Both the position numbers and the translations under genes were made by a program. From NCBI GenBank assembly GCA_051294375.1, contig JBJCIZ010000239.1, forward strand, positions 2,245,476-2,309,475: a stretch of 64,000 nucleotides of DNA. The letters are read 5' to 3'. The stretch is from Paraspadella gotoi (taxonomy: Eukaryota; Animalia; Chaetognatha). Shown here piece after piece: positions 48,107 to 60,690 of the stretch. The notes beneath the pieces are model-generated. The model was not told the DNA's origin and did no database searches. It saw only the letters and a list, made by a program, of their open reading frames with translations. The first letter of the stretch is position 1, and each line of letters begins with the position of its first letter.

Positions 48107-50571
48107 CTATTGAGTTGCGCGGGCGTCTTGGCGTTGATCTGACTCGTAGAAGGTTGGTGGGAGTCTCGAGTGATGCTCGAGAGTCTTGAAAAGTTCGAAG
48201 TTGGGGTCACCAATGTGGCGAGCGTTTGCTAATCGCCACGCGTGTCTCTGCAGTTTCTGCTCAGGGTTCTTCGAGATAATAGACCAGAGATGTGCCAGAA
48301 AGCGCAAAGGTGTTGGTATGTGGCTGTGTTCGAATAGATAGAGCAGGAAGCGAGCGCAACGCGGTATATGAGAGAGAGAGAGCAACACATGATAGCGATT
48401 TCAGGATATTAAAGAGAACATCTGATATGCCCCTAAACAACGAAGAGCGAGATGAAGCATAAATAACAGTTAATCACTATAAGCGTAAGCCAATCGGGCG
48501 GGGGGGGGACGAGAGGTAGACACCTGAATGACGGGGATCGGGGGGGCGGGCGGGGCGGGGCGAGGGGGGGGGGCGGGTGAATGACAATGAAGATTTAACG
48601 GTGTAAGAATTCCTTAGTGAGACAGGAAAGGGATAATAAGTCATAACAATAGAAACTATAAAATTACTACTAGTGATGGATCTAGTAAAATGGAATGCTT
48701 ATGATGTTTTATTGTTCTAACATGATTATACTATCATGTTATAATAATTAGCGTAATTTGAATATCTAATTTAAGCTATTGAGATGGAGAGAATACATTA
48801 AGCACTGGTCGTGACTGATAAGTCCGGGATCAAATCCAGAGATGATTATTTTATTTTGACATTAATAAATGTGTTTATAAATAGACTTAGTGTAGTATGT
48901 TAAAAACGGATCATTTTAAAATTTAATGCGGATTCGCCGAGACTCTCAGCTGAGCAGAGGACGAAGATAATTAACTTAATCTTAGCGTGGTATCCTGCTA
49001 AGCTAATCTTGAATTTAAAAAATTAGGGGCCGAATTGCCGAATTAAGATAAAGAGCCGGTTGCGACGAAAGGAGGCCGAAGAGAGAGTCCAACGGAGTCA
49101 AATTTTTTTTTAAAGATGCAGATTGTTGTGTGTTTTTTGTTCCGAGGGAAAATGACGCTGCGAAGAGACCCCGTTCGGTGCATGCCTTTGGCAAAGAAGT
49201 TTGCGTGAACATATGGTACAGTCTATGATGCGGGAAGTCTAAAAAAAACAGACCACAACAAGTTGATCGTATGACTAATTTAAAGTTTAAGTCTATTTTT
49301 TTGTTGGAAGGAGGAAGGAAAAGATTAATTAATTCCCGGGCGGACGAAGGATTATAGAAAGGGTAGAGGGCTGATAAGAGAAATAGCGGGATGGGGCTAT
49401 CATAGCTTTGGCCGATAATTAGATTTTAGAGTTTCCCATACGATGGGATTTCGAAAGAATATTTAATGTCGATTCAAAAAAAAACAAAACAGAAAACTAA
49501 AGATGAGATAATTAGTAAATGTTTTGGAATATTCAATATTGAATATTGAGACGCTTCTAAATACCAAGTAATATCGTTTTGAAATAGTGAATAACAAAAG
49601 CAAAGAAGGATGAAGCCTGACGTAAAAGGTTCGAATGATATTTGGGGATTACGACGGTGATTTTATTTTATAAGATATGCACAGTAACGAAGTCGAAGTT
49701 TGCATTCAGGTCGAGCGACGAAAACCCTCGAATGGATCGGAGAGCAAAGGATCCGCACGCAAACGATTGGCCTCTCGTGACTCGTCTGCTCGCGCTTGGC
49801 GACTCATTCTCTCTCCTCAAAAGAAGATAGAAAAAAAAACTCGAAGCCGCCCCGCCCGCCCCCATCATCAGCGCGAATCGCACTCCTTCGCGCGCACGTG
49901 AGCTCTGGCGTATCCGCGGTGCGACTCGAGGTTTCTCCCCCATCCGCGTGCACGGTACTTTCTTCGTCGCATGCACGTGACTTTCTGCGCCCGTTGCGGC
50001 GGTCGCAAGGCCTCGGCGACGAGAATCGTTACTCTCGCGTGATACCCGCCCTAATCCGGATCACTCCAGCGTTTCTCTCTCTTCGTCTCTCGTCGCTGCT
50101 CTCTCTCTCTCGCTCTCTCTGCTTCCTCCACCTGCCGTGTCACCCGTGCCCTCTCTCTGCTCCTCGTTGCTTGCGTCCGTCCTGCGCCGTCCTCTCTCTC
50201 TCCCTCTCTCCTTCCCTCTCTTTTCACCCTCTCCCCCCCTCGATTGCACAGTGACAGCGAGATAACGTTCGTGTTTCTTTCATCTTTGTAATTATTTCTC
50301 GAATCACGGCCAGACTTTTTTTTATCATTACCGGCATAGAATCTCATTAGCAAAAAAAAAAGAAAACAGGCACAACTGATAGAATCAAAACTCGAAAAAT
50401 TGAATCATAAAAAAAAAATCCTTTATCCTAAAGAATATATCGATGTATTGAATTGTTTTTTTGTTTAACCGTATTTTATTTTTTTGTATTTATACTACGA
50501 TAATCATGATTTCCCTAGCTTGGTCCTTTCCTCTGTGTACACTGTACAGCCCACGTGTAAAATTAGCTGTT

Positions 50572-50930
50572 CATAGATTCATAGATTCATAGATCATAAT
50601 TCTTGCAAGTCAGATAAGAAAATGAATCAACCTAGAATGATGCCTAGTACTTACGTTTTATCATCTGCTGAAACGATATCTTTGATTCTGCATCCCGCCG
50701 AAAATGTAGCATCCATGCCTCATGACTTTGCCATGTAACTAGATTTCCGTGGAATTATATTATTTCTCCAATGTGATATGGTTAAACTTATTTCTCTCGA
50801 GCTCAAAGACGTTTTTCTGGTGAGAGAAAGAGGGACATGATAATCCCCTTCCATCGGAGGTTGAAAGATTCAACCAGGCAAAATGCTTTCGGATGATATC
50901 GAAGAATAAATAATTCACGTCACATTTGAT
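50572..50930 (-). mobile_element. Possible CR1/L2-like LINE 3'-end fragment
   Basis: 8-bp tail repeat (catagatt)n at 50572-50597 next to a more GC-balanced segment; no protein motif recognised. Confidence 0.3.
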
Positions 50931-52491
50931 GCGCAGCGAATAGGAAATGGGGGGGGGAAGTTTTAAATCAGAAAAGATCTCGGATCAACGTCGCGATTCC
51001 GGGAAACCTCTCACGTGGTTTTTTTTTTTTTTTTGGCCTGGATGTGAGAGTGGGGAGGTAAGAAAAAATATTTTTATCATCGCAAAATTATGTTAACAAC
51101 TTTTTGAACCTTGAATTAATGGCGTTTGAATAAATTTAGTCCGAAAACCGAAGCGACTCATGGCGATCGAAAAATTCCAGATTTTTTTTTTTTTTAAAGG
51201 CTTCGATGGTATTTGTGGATTTTAAACGGCCGTGCTCCAAAAAAAAATGTGAATAACTTAAGGCCTTAACTTAGGGCCTAAGTTAAATGCGGCGGGAAAC
51301 TATTATCATTAATCGAAATACTATTTTAGGCCTGTAATGAAAAGACTTGGAATAACATTCCATCGTAAAAAATTCATCTTTTGAAATTTGCGTTTTTTTT
51401 GTTTTTGCTTCCGTTTTTCTTTTCTTCTCTTTTTTTCCAACGCCTATGGCTATGACAGTTTTTGTTTTTGAAAGATAAAAAATAAAAAATAAATGCCTAT
51501 TGAGCGAATTTAAAAAGTTTATTTTTTTCCTCCGTGCTATTTGTGTACAAAAATGTACTAAACGTTTGATACAACTACAAATAATCATTAATCAGCCTTC
51601 CTGTAAAAAAAAAAACCAACAAATAAAGTCTCGATTTATTGACCTCCATCATGAGATATTCTTTTTTAAAAAAAAAATAATATATAGTTAGTCGGATACA
51701 ATAAAAGCATCGGGTCGCGTTTCGCAATCACCCACGGTCAAGGTTTTTTCCACCGTAGTGAGAAAGTGAGTGACAGCGAGTAGAAAAAGGGCTCCACATT
51801 ATCCAACCGAACAGCGATGTAGGACAAGAAAGCCATTACCGATGGGGGATTGGGAAGGCGGCGCAATTTGCTGCCTGTGACAAGGAGATAAGGGGGAGAG
51901 GGGGGGAGTGGGTAGGGGGGGAGAAGAGCGGATTGGGGGGGAGAAGGGCGGATCGAAACGAAGGCGGATCACAGACGATATATATTGGAAGAAACATGAA
52001 CCTTGAATTTTCTGCCAAGAAATAAATTGCGTTTTAGAAGCGGTACTAAGATAAAGGGAAAGATTCCGAGCCGTTTACAAAGCGTCGTTGTTGTTCAGGG
52101 GGGGGTCTCTTCGGGTTCAAATGAGAGAAAGTCACGTGACCATCGTGGGTGAATAAAATCGTAGTTGAGTTGTCAACGGTTGTTGTCGTTGTTGTGAATT
52201 TTGGCCCCTTTGTTTATTTATTCATTTTTTATTTATTCTATAATGATAATCACAATGAAAAACCTAATGAATGTACAAAGTACAATGTACAATGAACATG
52301 TGCTTGAGTATGTACAAGAGCGAAAACAACTATCTTCGTGAAAAGTAAGATATATATATAATTATATATATATGTTGAATAAGCAATTTGTATTTGCGCG
52401 CAACATAATGAGCAGTTAAGGAAGTAAAGGAAGTAAAAGAGTATTAAAGACAAATTAACTAGGCCGACATTATTGACCAACGTGTTAAAAG

Positions 52492-52956
52492 TCAGACATA
52501 TTCCGGCGTGGGTTCAAACTCTCGTGGCAACCGACCCCGCCGCCTTCGCTCGAGCGCATCCTCAGCAGCAGCCGCCGCCGCGTCGGCAGCAGCCTGCGCC
52601 GACGCGGCCGTCAATCGCCCTTCCACGAAGTCCTCGTCCAACCCGTGTTCCTTGACGAGGTGATACTTGAGGTACATGGAATAGCTGAGCCTCTTGGAGC
52701 AGATGGGGCAGCGGTAGTGGCCTTGTGGCGAGAGGATGGATGAGAGGGAGAAGTCGATCCCCGCAAACGGATCCACCGCGGCGGGAGGATCGATGGAGGC
52801 GGCGCCGTTGCTTTTCGCCGCGCTGTTCGGCTGGAGCTGGGCTTCGTCATCCTGATCAATATTTTGGGGTGAGAATAACAACAAAATCGCTCATCGTATT
52901 CTTAGGAAATTTGGAAATAATTTTAGAATTGATAGATTTGCACCGATGGTGTTTCT

Positions 52957-53011
<55 letters not shown>

Positions 53012-55702
53012 CTCTCCCCTTCCTTACAAAAATAAAAACCATATTGTATAATAAGTCAATTCCATTTCAAACAATCGATATTTTTCATATTGTTAGCCCT
53101 TTTTCTTTCGCTCACCGCCGCCGCTTGGTCGGGCTCTCTTTTCGCGATGACGTCAGAATCGATGAAAAACGACTTGGATTTGACGGACGTCGTTTTCTTC
53201 GAGTAAGAGGCTAATGGCCGCATGGTGACCTTTAAGGACAGAAAAGTTCCATAACTTTATCAATCTATACAGTTGGTACAAACAATATGAAAATTATCTA
53301 TTCGTTAAGGTTATTTTGCTTTCTGACTTTAGACTAGCGATGGTAGTTTAAGACTTCTATCCCTCTTGCTAGGTTTTTTAATTATATTAAAATCAGGCAA
53401 AGCTTTCAATCAAGAGACTATTTTACAATTTAGTTTTTTAACCCCCATTTACGGTTTTTATCATTATTATCATTAATGAGAACAATTTCCGGTACATATC
53501 CGTGTCCATTGGACAACTCGCCTTAGATGACGTCGTAGACTTCGGCGGCGACACTCTGGCTCCGAGAATTTCCAAAACGTTATCGTCGTCGTCGTCTTCT
53601 TCTCTTTTAACGATAACAACGTCGTCGCCCAGCAACTGTTCGGATTTTACAGGGATCGCCGCCGCCTCCTCGACTTTCACTTCCATCGCTTCTTTCTCCG
53701 CTTTCGCCTTTAAAAACTTCTTCGTGGTCGAAGCGCACCGAACCGTCTTCTTGTGCTTAGCGTAGTAAGTCGGATTGCGAAAACTAATTCCGCAAGGTTC
53801 GCACGCGTAATCGGCGGATTTGTGCGAATAAGTCGCGTGCGTCTGGAGATGTTTGCCCACGTTGAAGCGTCTGGAGCATATCTCGCACTTCATCTGCAGC
53901 CAGGGAAAGGTGGTGTAGAAAAGTCCGCCGTGGTTGTCTATGAGGTGGTCGCGAAGTTGCTCCGCGCTTGGAAATTGAACCCGGCAGAGATAGCACTCTG
54001 GCTGCTCGTCGAACAAGGGCGTCATGCAGTGCTTGGTCATCATGTGCTCGATCGCTTCCAATTCGCTCGTCAATTTACAGCTGCAGACGATACAAACGAG
54101 GAGAGTGCAGGAAGAGTCGCTCAGAGAGGTTCGAGAGAGGGTGTTGGTGAGGTGCGGGTGAGCAGCGGCGCAGGCGCGGGCGTGAGGGTAAAACTGCTGC
54201 TGCTCCTTGAAGTTTTCATCGCAGGTGGGGCACGCCTATGGAAAGTTTGGAATAAATGAACAGGCGACTCAAATCATTACGACGACGACAAATATAATTA
54301 ATATTAATATTGAAGAGACAGTAATTATTGATATGTGTTAATGACAGAACCGTTCAATATAAGCAGTCCCTGAGCTTCGGATCAGGCTGTAACACCGTGT
54401 TACAGGCGGGTTAAGCGCCCCATCCCTCTTAACTGCTAGGCAGCCACCGGTCTAGAAACCCGGACCTTTGGGTTGGGAGGCGAATGACTTGCCTCCGGCA
54501 CCAATGGCCGCTGATGAACGGTTGGTGGATTTTAATCCACCATAATATGTATTTATATTATAAATAAGTAAATAATTAAATTATAATAAGTAAATTTTGG
54601 GGTTTTTGAATAAACCTTTGAAAAAAAAATAAACATCGAAAAGTTTATAAATATTAGTTAATAAATTTTAAAATATTAAACAAACGGAAACAATTAATAA
54701 ACTACGAAAATGACTTCAAACCTTAAGCAAAACGACTCCCGCGCATCTATGAACCGACTCCATGTGTCTCAACAGAATGTTCTCCGAACTGTAGATCATT
54801 TCGCAGATCGGGCAAGAGAATTGAATCTGGGACCCCACTCGTCCGCCGCTCGTAGTGGGCGTGGCGGGCGGCGCCGGCGAGGCACGACGAGAACGATAGG
54901 ACTTGGCGGCGACGAGCGGCTTCACCTCGAACCGTTCCTGCCGCTTCTGGGAATAGGTCAGGCCTTTGAGTTTAAGCCGATGGGCCATGCGATGGGCGGA
55001 GGACGCCGCAGCCTCGGCGGCGTAGGCGGCGGCCACGGCGGCGAAACTCTCCTCGGCGGCGGCGGCGGACTTTGGGGAGGCGGGTTCGATGAGGACCATG
55101 TCGTTGTCGGACTTTTTCGATGTCGGCCGAGAGTCGGTGTCGGCAGAGCGATTCTTTTTCTTTCTCTTTACCGACGATATACTTTTTTCCAGAACCGGAG
55201 ATTCAGAGCGGAGTTTGGACTTGACCGACGCCTTGCCCGACGCCTTGCCCGAAGCCTTGCCCGACGTCTTTCCCGATGCGATGCCCGACGCCTTGCGCGA
55301 TGTCTTCGCCTCCTCCGACGTCTTGCCCGTCACGGGCGCCGACACTTTTGAAGAATCTTTGGCCGATGCCTGGCTCGACACCGCCTTGCCCGACGACTTG
55401 GCCGACGCTTTGGTCAGATTTTTGGAGCGAACCATTTCTGGGCGTGCCCTCTGCACAATGAGGTGACTCTGGGTTCGAAAAACTCTCCATCCCGATTTAC
55501 GACGCGGTTTTAACGTCGACGTAACTCGAGCAAAGATGTCGTCGAGGGAATCGGCGATGCCGCCGCCGCCGTCGACCACGAGATGCTTCCCCGTGGAGTG
55601 GATCGTCCACTGGCTCCGCGGACACAGCTCCGCCTTGACTTCGTCCGTTACCGACTTCAGGTCCGGGTCTTCGGTCGAGGACGACGAAGAGATGGCGCTC
55701 AT
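52492..55702 (-). CDS. C2H2 zinc-finger protein; predicted exons 55702-54722, 54235-53522, 53229-53116, 52851-52492 (722 aa)
   Basis: Fingers CPICEMIYSSENILLRHMESVH, CYLCRVQFPSAEQLRDHLIDNH, CEICSRRFNVGKHLQTHATYSH, CPICSKRLSYSMYLKYHLVKEH; all junctions phase 0; an acceptor at 55721-55720 implies an upstream exon, so the start is uncertain. Confidence 0.85.
54311..54544 (-). mobile_element. TRIM-A solo LTR (234 bp) in a zinc-finger gene intron
   Basis: TSD ATAT at 54307-54310 and 54545-54548; termini TATGG..TCTTCA. Confidence 0.92.
54362..54437 (-). ncRNA. P5-type twister motif, best-preserved family A copy
   Basis: agcagt taa gagg GA tgg ggcgct T|AA ccc gcc tgtaacacggtgttaca g cctga TCCGAAGC tcagg g actgct; predicted cut between 54413 and 54412. 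Confidence 0.78.
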
Positions 55703-57012
55703 GGCGAGAGGGAGTGGCGCTGCGAAAGGTTGAAACGAGAAACAAAACGTTTTGAAAATAAATATTCCCATTTCGAAAAGAATTTTCAGCATTTCAAATT
55801 AGAATAAACTTAATTACCTTTTTAAGTAAAGTTTTGAACCTTGGCGCCAATGAAAACTATATGAGGATCGATAATTAAAATGGAAAAAGCGAAGGGGCCA
55901 GTGAACAATTAGATAACGATAACTTAGCTGACGCCAGGCTGCATTTGCTGAGTAATCATTTGGCGCTGCACATCTTTGACAGTTTATGAAACAAAAGGAC
56001 AAGACTAGTAATATTGAATTTTCCAAGAAATTAATTTATTTTAAACTATCAGAGGTCAAAACAGCGTTTTATCGCGTAAATATTTTTTAAAATGAAAATA
56101 TAATTAAAGATGCGTCGCCAAGAATAATTTAAATAGGTAAAAATATTTTGACGATGCCATTTTTTCTCGGTGCTGGGCATGAATCCGGTGCCTTTTGTTT
56201 ACGTATTTCATGATTAACGTTTTTTTTTCGTTGTTTTTGTGATCGGTAGGTGTCGCTACGAGTAGCATAACGGAGCTTGTTGGGAAGGATTAGACAAATG
56301 ACAATCCATTTTTTTTCTTTTCTCTTTTCACCGAATTTAAATTTCAGTTGTGAAAAATACATAACAGTGATAACTAATTATATTACCAAGTTAATTCGGT
56401 TCCTAATTTGTTTGTTGAAAATTGTAAACAAACGAGTTTTCTTCTGCTTTTGTTGATTATTTTTAATCGTCGCAGTTTTTATCAGAATGTACGGGTAGCT
56501 AGATAGATCATATAGGATTATAGGTGCATTAACAGAAACACGAAAACATATTCTCAAATTCAAAATAAATCACACAAAAATCAAATCCGTATGTTTTCGT
56601 TCATTAAAGATACGTTTAAAATTCGTTACAGAATTATCAAAAAATACATAATTTAATTTTACCAAGTCGATTTTAATCTAAAAAAATTGCAGAAAAAAAA
56701 ACAAGAGAAAATACAAAGAAGAGAAAAGAAAGGAAAGTGATCGAAGAGTAAAAAAGAAAATACAAAAGGAGAGAAAAGAAGAAGAGAAAGAAGATGATGA
56801 GATTGAGAGAAAAAGAGTTGAAGACGGATTCGATGAGAAGAAGAATGGAAGAAGATGTAAGAAGGAGAAAGAAGAAGAAATGGAAGGAGAAAGAAGAAGA
56901 AAGAGGACGAGGAGCATTTTCCTTAGATCCCCGTTTAAATCCCTGACTAGATTAAGGGGGTTTTACACCGCTTCCCTTTCCTGTGGCTTAATTCGCATAG
57001 AATCTTATTTGC

Positions 57013-57116
<104 letters not shown>

Positions 57117-57850
57117 CTCGATATATATTTATCCTGTCTTGTTGTGTGTTTTATACGTTTGTACTTGAATTCACTTTAATTGATTGTTTAATTTATTTAC
57201 TTAGTTCGAAAGAATGATTATTGTTAAACTTATTTTACATATCGAGTGTCTTCGCAAAGTTTGCGCCGATCTCGCCCCCTTTCTAACAAATCGAGGTCAA
57301 GCGGACAAATTAGTAAACCCATCCGCCGAATAAAAACCCGGCAACAACGTCCAGATCGCAAATCCCCTTAAACGAAATAAAAGTCTACTTAAGGGGAAAA
57401 AGAATTAATCCTTCGATGACAATCGAGGACTCAAAAATCGAGGGGGGAATTAAGGATTCGAACTCCGAACCCGAAGAGAAAGCCCCCTCGCGGGCCCGCC
57501 CCCGGATGAGAGGGAGAGTTTGCGGGGGAGAGGGAGAGAGAGAGAGCAGAAGACGAGCGGATAGAGAAGGAGACGGAGTTTCGAGACAAAAGGCTCAATT
57601 AATGGAAGATGAAAAGAGTTGAGAAATTGAAGAATGCGGTTTTTGGAAATAGGAGAGAAAGATTTGAAAGTGAGGGGAGAAATTGAAAATTTGGGGAAAA
57701 GTAAATCGGAAAATTCGAATAATGAATATTGAATGATAAATTTGTATTATTTTTAATATAGTGTGAATACTTTCTTTCCTGCGTTTTAGAATTAGTTTGA
57801 GAGACGAAAATTTTGTATATTGTTTACAACGATTTTATTATAGAAACAAA

Positions 57851-57894
57851 TTACGGGCATGTTTCGGCTTCAACGTAAACCTTCATCGGCGCAA
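57851..57894 (-). ncRNA. Degenerate minimal hammerhead related to 1675-1720
   Basis: ttgcg CCGATGA aggttt acgttg aagcc GAAA catg CC cgtaa; two core substitutions, probably inactive. Confidence 0.6.
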
Positions 57895-59443
57895 AAAACG
57901 ATTTGATTTCTGAAATTAATTAATGTTTTGTGGCGAATCCTAAATTCGCCTCCGGTATAGCTTGGTGAAAACTCACTTCGTCCCATTGGCTTGGACAGCT
58001 AAGTACTTGTTCACAAATCGTGAGTTCCGGGTTTCAGTAGCTTCTTTATATTTGTTTGTAGGTCAAATCGTTTGGAACTTACCGGCCAAAAAATATTGTT
58101 ACCTCAAATAAAAAATGGCCAAAAAAAATAATATTTAGTTTTCTACCATTTTTGTATTTAGTTATTTGTTTTTATTTTGAATAGAGTTAGTTATTTTTTT
58201 TATTTTTTTTATTTGGCAATGCCATCACAGGAAACGGATTGATCATGCACCTGGTTTAAAAAAGTCCTATTATAGCTCTCAGAAAAGAGGGAAAGATGCA
58301 CAACATCAATATTGGGACTGAAAAGAATTGCGTTAAAGATGTAAAAAAACATTTCACTGTCATACCTCAATTCGCTGTATAAGAGCATGCCCAGAAAAAT
58401 ACAGGCAGTAGTCGATAACAAGGAAGAGCATACCAAATATTGAGAATGTTTTACCCATGTTTTGTATACTTTTTATTGAATAAATGAATTATGTGATATA
58501 CTTTTTTCCTAGATATTAATTCGAGGGAAAGCAATGTATTTACTGAGTACAATTTTTTATTGTGACTAATAAGAACTAATCATTGTCGCTTTAATCGGAA
58601 GAAGGTAAACAATTCGCGAATAGGAGGATGAGCGGAACAATGAAAATTTCATTGCGACGATGACGATATCGATGAAGACGACGACGACGATGACGACGAC
58701 GACGAAGAAGAAAAAGGACAAGGAAGACGACAAGAAATAATCCCGTCCGGGACAAAAAAGAGTGGACCCCAAAAAAAAAAAGGTCGGACAAAAGAACGAT
58801 ATCGTTTCTCCTTAATTGAAGAGAGAGAAACAACCATATCACAAATGGCAAGACGGGTAATGAAAATTGTGTAGTTTATTTCTTGCAACTCCGATATAAA
58901 TGGAAAATTACAAATACTCAATACTGTCGCTTTTAATACTCGTTATACATCAGGCGTTGTGATTATTCTAGTATCAGGCGGTGCTACTGGCTTTGACTAC
59001 GTGTCAGGCAGTCAAAACTCGTAAGATTGCTTGATTGGTTTAATCCGCCACCTTATTAAATCGTTTGGGTTTTCTCAGTCAAATTTGATTAGTTTTAGTA
59101 GCGATATTACTTTTTTTTTCGTTATGATTGCCTTTACTCGTCACAGAGGGCAAGACTTCAAGTCAAGTTTCACCTTTTTCAATACCTAATTCAATACTGC
59201 TGTATAAGTTTATAACATAATAAGTTTATAACATATCAAATAACCGAAAATAGACTCGATCGATGAAATTTCCGATTTCAAAGTCTTGATTTTTATTTTT
59301 CTCTCAAAACGTCGTCGATTTCCTCTTCCTCAAAATCCCATCTTCCTCGTCGCCTTACTCAACCATAGATCATTCCTCTTCCCTCTTCCTTTTACCGAAC
59401 GCTTCTCAACAAGACCGAGAATGGAGGAAGAAGATCCTCGTCG

Positions 59444-59516
<73 letters not shown>
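59444..59516. repeat. (TCG)n microsatellite
   Basis: Directly visible. Confidence 0.95.
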
Positions 59517-59518
<2 letters not shown>

Positions 59519-59621
59519 TTTTCTAATTCGCGTTCGATCGTCCGTCAAGCGTCATCGTTAACTTTGTCATCGTCGTTGTCATCGTCGTTGTCATCGTCGC
59601 CGAGCGCTGAAAAAAGTAAGT

Positions 59622-59622
<1 letters not shown>

Positions 59623-59701
<79 letters not shown>

Positions 59702-60051
59702 GCTCTTTTCTCAGTCGCTTTCCTCTCTTCCGAAGGAGATTTTCTCTTTTTTTTATTTCTGATAAAGAATTGTTAAAAAAAAAATTAAAAAGTACAATTC
59801 CATTTCAAACAATATGTAACAATTTAACAACCAATCAACGTTTATTTTACTAATTGAATAAATTCACCGAGATCCGGTAACGACGCGCCGAAATCATTTG
59901 TAATTTTTTGAACTCAAACTTAGTTTTACTTTTTTACAATAATAACTCGAGTTGTCCGTTGTCTCTCTCTCTTTCTCTCTTTCTCTCTCTCTCTCCCTCT
60001 CTCTCTCTCTCGTTCTTCTCTCTCTCTCTCTCTCCTCGTCTTTCACTCTCG

Positions 60052-60090
<39 letters not shown>

Positions 60091-60091
60091 G

Positions 60092-60124
<33 letters not shown>
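59623..60124. repeat. (CT)n-rich tracts (59623-59698 and ~59962-60124) upstream of ems
   Basis: Directly visible. Confidence 0.85.
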
Positions 60125-60499
60125 ACACTTTGCGCCACCGACGTCTCTCGACTAATATCAGCTGCTTGGTTAAATACTCGGCAAAATACCGCAACCGATT
60201 ATACATCAGGAAAATCAAATCTTTATGAAATGACATTTTATATATATGTAAAATTGGTACAACCAATATATGTTATCGAAAAAATATATGAATGTTCCTT
60301 CTTCTATTTTTAACAGCGCCCTCTGGGAGACACGAGCGTGGAAATAAAAAGAAAGTTTTCGCGGGTGTTAGACGCAAACCCGCGTCAACCAACCGACCCA
60401 AAAATCGAATCCGGATTTCTCAAATTTAAAAAAAAAAAAAACCAAGACTCGCTAAAAATAGAAACGAAAAAAAAAATCGACTCCCCCCCCCGAAACAAA

Positions 60500-60626
60500 A
60501 TGATGCCAGTCGGTCACGTGATGGCGGCGCCGCCTGTGAGGCTTCACAAGAAGATGGCGTTCTCCATCGACGCCATCGTCGGGAAAAGTAAGTTCGGCGG
60601 TTGGAAGATCGAATGGGGTCTTGGGA

Positions 60627-60690
<64 letters not shown>

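Larger units (their letters stand above)
43410..48420 (-). mobile_element. Ty3/Gypsy LTR retrotransposon, CsRn1-like lineage, with intact gag and pol ORFs
   Basis: tRNA-Trp PBS (48212-48200), C-x2-H-x9-C-x3-C gag knuckle, PR-RT-RH-IN order, PPT 43460-43453; the 3' LTR is collapsed in an N gap and the outer end of the 5' LTR is undefined. Confidence 0.93.

Noticed and set aside
54505-54545. CTGATGA on the antisense strand of TRIM-A LTRs as a hammerhead core
   Set aside because: No stem II closed before a GAAA and no NUH site in register; the sequence is part of the aaccgttca/tgaacggtt pairing.
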